64,000 bases of DNA from Bacteroidia bacterium (GTDB lineage: Bacteria > Bacteroidota > Bacteroidia > NS11-12g > UBA955): positions 614-64,613 of the forward strand of contig JBBAKM010000014.1 in the NCBI GenBank assembly GCA_040403495.1. Direction: 5' to 3'. Made by a program: the position numbers and the translations under genes. The notes beneath the pieces are model-generated. The model was not told the origin of the DNA. It saw nothing but the letters and a program-made list of their open reading frames with translations, and did not search any database. How positions within the stretch are numbered: position 1 is the stretch's first letter; each line of letters opens with the position of its first letter. Shown piece after piece: positions 60,602 to 64,000 of this stretch.

Positions 60602-61522
60602 ATGAATAAAATAACGGTTCTTACCTATTTACATGCAAATGAAACTCAGTTTAAAAGGTGTGTATTTGGGCTCGAAAGGCAAATATTTAAAGAGTTTGAT
60701 TGGGTCATATTAACCCATCAAATGCCGATTGAACCAATTTCTATACCGCATCAAGTAATGCTTTTACCCAAAGAGATGCATGTTAAATCTGAAGTTCTAA
60801 ATTGGGCTTTACCTCAAATTAAAACTAAATATATTGCATACAATGATTCCGACGATTCTTCTTTTCCAAACCGACTGCAATTGCAATTAGAGTTTATGGA
60901 ACAAAATCCCAAAGTGGACATTTGTTCAGGAATGTTTTTTGTCAATGAATCTGAAAATACATGGCCTCTACATGAACACAATAGTATGATTTCGGCTTAT
61001 CTCTTAATTAATTCTCCAATGGCTAATCCCGTAGCTTTTTTTAGGAATAAAATTGGTGTTTTTGGGAATACACTACTTTACAATCCCAATTACATCCGTT
61101 CGCAAGATTATGACTTTTGGTATCAATGCTTAAAACAAGGGTTGCGTTTTCATAATATTCAACACCAATTGTTTTCGTATTATGTTCCAGAAAAAAAAGT
61201 GTTTAATGATTCTCAAGCAGAAACTGCTGACTTAATAAGAAACGAAATTTTACACGAAAATGGAATTTCAATTCCTGTTACTTTACATCAAACTTATGTT
61301 ACATTTTGTAAATTACAGCATGTTGACCAAGATAACTTGTTTAAATTGCTTCGTTTTATTAAAAGTTATAATTTCAAGCACCCTTTTAAGGATGCACACA
61401 AAGCATTTGCATGGCAGTTGGATTTGTATATAAAACACCATCAGTTGAGCAATAACGAGGAATTTAAACAGTTGAAAGCAAGTTTAGAAAAGCAGAGTTT
61501 GCTAAAAAGACTTTTTTCTTAA
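60602..61522 (+). CDS. Glycosyltransferase family 2
   Basis: KYIAYNDSDDSSFPNRLQLQ, SQDYDFW. Confidence 0.85.
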   Translation: MNKITVLTYLHANETQFKRCVFGLERQIFKEFDWVILTHQMPIEPISIPHQVMLLPKEMHVKSEVLNWALPQIKTKYIAYNDSDDSSFPNRLQLQLEFMEQNPKVDICSGMFFVNESENTWPLHEHNSMISAYLLINSPMANPVAFFRNKIGVFGNTLLYNPNYIRSQDYDFWYQCLKQGLRFHNIQHQLFSYYVPEKKVFNDSQAETADLIRNEILHENGISIPVTLHQTYVTFCKLQHVDQDNLFKLLRFIKSYNFKHPFKDAHKAFAWQLDLYIKHHQLSNNEEFKQLKASLEKQSLLKRLFS

Positions 61523-61548
61523 TTCAAATCAATTCTTAAATTCGTGCC

Positions 61549-62391
61549 ATGCATTTATATACGATTGATACAGGCTTTTTTAAATTAGACGGAGGTGCCA
61601 TGTTTGGGGTGGTACCTAAAAGTATTTGGCAAAAATTAAATCCTGCTGATGAAAATAATATGTGCAATTGGGCAATGCGTTGCCTGTTGATAGAAGATGG
61701 CAACCGTTTAATACTTATTGACAATGGTATTGGAAATAAACAATCTGATAAATTCTTTGGGTTTTATTATTTAAATGGTGATGCCACCTTGGATTTGTCT
61801 TTGGCTAAACTTGGATTTCACCGCGATGATATTACCGATGTGGTGCTCTCTCATTTGCATTTCGACCATTGTGGCGGAAGTGTAATTTGGAACAGTGATA
61901 GAACCAAATATCAAACTGCTTTTAAAAATGCTAAATATTGGAGTAACGAAGAACATTGGCAACATGCTTTGGACAGTAATCCACGTGAAAAGGCAAGTTT
62001 CTTAACCGAAAATATTATGCCTATTCAAGAAAGTGGTCAATTGTTTTTTGTTGAAAATGGGAATGAAGTGGCAGATTTTATGACATTGCCCAAAGTGTAT
62101 GGTCACACCGAAGCCATGATGCTGCCACATATCAATTACAAAGGTCAAACCATTGTGTTTTGTGCCGATTTAATTCCTTCTTTGGGTCACTTACCTGTCA
62201 ATTATGTAATGGCTTATGACATTAAACCTCTAGAAAGTATGCGCGACAGACAATCCTTTTTGGAGCAAGCTATAAAAAATGATTTTATTTTGTTTTTTGA
62301 ACACGACCCTATCAACGAATGTTGCACCGTCACCAAAAATGAGAGAGGTCAATTTGTGCCTGAAAGGATTTTTAAGTTAGCGGATTTATAA
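61549..62391 (+). CDS. MBL-fold metallo-hydrolase
   Basis: LDGGAMFGVVPK, SHLHFDHCGG, GHT, ADL, FEHDP. Confidence 0.92.
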   Translation: MHLYTIDTGFFKLDGGAMFGVVPKSIWQKLNPADENNMCNWAMRCLLIEDGNRLILIDNGIGNKQSDKFFGFYYLNGDATLDLSLAKLGFHRDDITDVVLSHLHFDHCGGSVIWNSDRTKYQTAFKNAKYWSNEEHWQHALDSNPREKASFLTENIMPIQESGQLFFVENGNEVADFMTLPKVYGHTEAMMLPHINYKGQTIVFCADLIPSLGHLPVNYVMAYDIKPLESMRDRQSFLEQAIKNDFILFFEHDPINECCTVTKNERGQFVPERIFKLADL

Positions 62392-62420
62392 ACTCTTCTT
62401 AACGCTTACTTCATTTGCTT

Positions 62421-63023
62421 TTAATGGATTCTGTCTCCGCGAAGTTCCATAGATTTCATTATGTCTGCTTCTGCCACTAAATATTCATTCCAACGGTTCA
62501 TGACATAATCTGCAGGTAATATACTTTTGGCCAAGTTCAGAAAAGTGTGGTAATGCCCCGCTTCACTTTCCATAAACTCTCTGTAAAAAACCTTAAGATC
62601 TTCGTCTTGAATATGCAAACTTAGTAATCTGAAACGCTCGCAACTTCTGGCTTCTATCATGGCACTGATAAGTAGTTTTTCCACTGCAACTTGGTCGGGT
62701 TTTAATCCGCGTTTTTCTATCGCAAATAATTTATTTACATAGTCGTCTTTGCGAGGCATTTCGAATGGTAAATCTCTTTTTTTGAGTTCTTTAAGGACTC
62801 TTCGGAAATGTCCCCACTCTTCAGCTACAATGGGAGTAACCTCTTCAACTATTTGTGGGTAATGGGCATATTTTACAATCAATGAAATGCCAGTTGTGGC
62901 CGCTTTTTGTTCACACCAAGCGTGGTCACTTAAAATAAATCCAATATTCATTTCGGCGATATTAACCCATCTAGGGTCGGTAGCCATAATAAGTCCTAAC
63001 TTGGTTTTTTGATGTTCTTGCAT
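62421..63023 (-). CDS. miaE: tRNA-(ms2io6A) hydroxylase
   Basis: DHAWCEQKAA, EEWGHF, IEARSCERF, SEAGHY di-iron motifs. Confidence 0.93.
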   Translation of the reverse strand: MQEHQKTKLGLIMATDPRWVNIAEMNIGFILSDHAWCEQKAATTGISLIVKYAHYPQIVEEVTPIVAEEWGHFRRVLKELKKRDLPFEMPRKDDYVNKLFAIEKRGLKPDQVAVEKLLISAMIEARSCERFRLLSLHIQDEDLKVFYREFMESEAGHYHTFLNLAKSILPADYVMNRWNEYLVAEADIMKSMELRGDRIH

Positions 63024-63096
63024 TTTTTAAATGGAGTGATATTGGAAATTCAAATCTTTAAAAATTAATCACAATAATAACTGTTTATCGATTTTT

Positions 63097-64000
63097 TTAA
63101 TCAATTTCATGATAATTGAGGTCTTTGCTAAAGGTCTCTTTCATTAGATACAATGAGGCAAGTGCTATAAGCATACAAACACTTCCTACAATGATTGCTG
63201 CGTTTTGAGCACCCATACTGTCGCTTAATATTTTGAATGAAACAGTAATGGGAACAACGCTAAACCTAACAAAATTAGGGACTGTATTAGTCACCGTACT
63301 TCTGATATTTGTGCCAAAATTCTCGGAGGCCACTTGAACAAACAATGCCCAATAACCTGTGCCAATTCCTAATAATAAACAACTTATTTTGAACTGATTG
63401 AAACTTTGAACAGGCGTGTTTAAATAGTAAAGTATGAGCACAACAGATAAAGACAGATAAATGTAAATAACCTTTTTCCTGCTTTTTAAGAGTTGACTTA
63501 ATAGGCCACTTAGCACATCTCCTGCGCTTAATCCTATGTATGTAAACATAACTGCGGCTCCCAGCATTTCCTTTGTGTTTACACCCTCTATGGTTACAAA
63601 TCTGGGCGATAAATTAATTAAGACGCCAATCATAAACCAAATTGGAACACCTATGGCGATAGATTTGAGGTACAAAAAAGCGCGTTCTTTGGTTTTGAAT
63701 AGGATAAAGAAATTGCCTCTCGAAATAGATTTATCGGTTTTCAATTGACTGTACATGCCCGATTCAAAGGCGCCTGCTCTTAATAGTAACAATGCCAAAC
63801 CGAGTCCACCTCCCAAAAAATAAGCCGTTTGCCATTCAACTATTTTGCCAACAAATGCAGCAAAAACAGCTCCCAATGCCCCAAACGAAACGATAATCAT
63901 GGTGCCAATTCCTCTTTTTTCTTTGCTCATGGTTTCACTAACCAATGTAATGCCGGCCCCTAATTCACCAGCCAAACCTATCCCTGCTATAAATCTACAA
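63097..64000 (-). CDS. MFS transporter, 5' end outside the window
   Basis: RFIAGIGLAGELGAGITLVSE..RG, ENFGTNIRST; multi-TM. Confidence 0.9.
   Translation of the reverse strand, partial: CRFIAGIGLAGELGAGITLVSETMSKEKRGIGTMIIVSFGALGAVFAAFVGKIVEWQTAYFLGGGLGLALLLLRAGAFESGMYSQLKTDKSISRGNFFILFKTKERAFLYLKSIAIGVPIWFMIGVLINLSPRFVTIEGVNTKEMLGAAVMFTYIGLSAGDVLSGLLSQLLKSRKKVIYIYLSLSVVLILYYLNTPVQSFNQFKISCLLLGIGTGYWALFVQVASENFGTNIRSTVTNTVPNFVRFSVVPITVSFKILSDSMGAQNAAIIVGSVCMLIALASLYLMKETFSKDLNYHEID

Noticed and set aside
3794-63748. Remaining 60-130 aa track ORFs nested in or antisense to long genes
   Set aside because: Shadow ORFs of well-supported genes, with no motifs of their own.

Overview
A 64-kb stretch of an AT-rich Bacteroidota chromosome, judged from T9SS C-terminal domains, TAnnTTTG -7 promoter boxes and a short primary sigma factor. 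Most of it is housekeeping: S46 and M61 peptidases, RNase P RNA, nif3 and zinc-ribbon genes, slyD, lnt, rsmI, a TonB receptor, glyQS, gcvT, korAB, rmuC, crtZIB, dnaB, clpC, rpoD, sod, a PAS kinase/response regulator pair, the N-terminal half of metH, lpdA, miaE and an MFS transporter. The accessory content is more interesting. (1) An AT-rich four-gene secreted module at 10.6-16.1 kb encodes an S74-chaperone-like protein, a Cys-rich lipoprotein, a large T9SS cargo and a beta-barrel; a paralog of the cargo sits at 46.2-49.3 kb. This may be an uncharacterised secreted effector system (inference). (2) A toxin-antitoxin islet is bracketed by an exact 28-bp duplication of the nif3 5' coding sequence, and its toxin is broken by one in-frame stop. 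(3) A mosaic of several REP-like palindromes is duplicated with a 275-bp period at 42.9-43.6 kb. (4) The RNase P RNA appears to lack helix P18. (5) There is a decayed higA relic, plus candidate sigma54 (rpoD) and CRP/FNR (korAB) sites. I saw no CRISPR array, tRNA, rRNA, integrase or transposase. All calls come from reading the sequence by eye; no searches were run.
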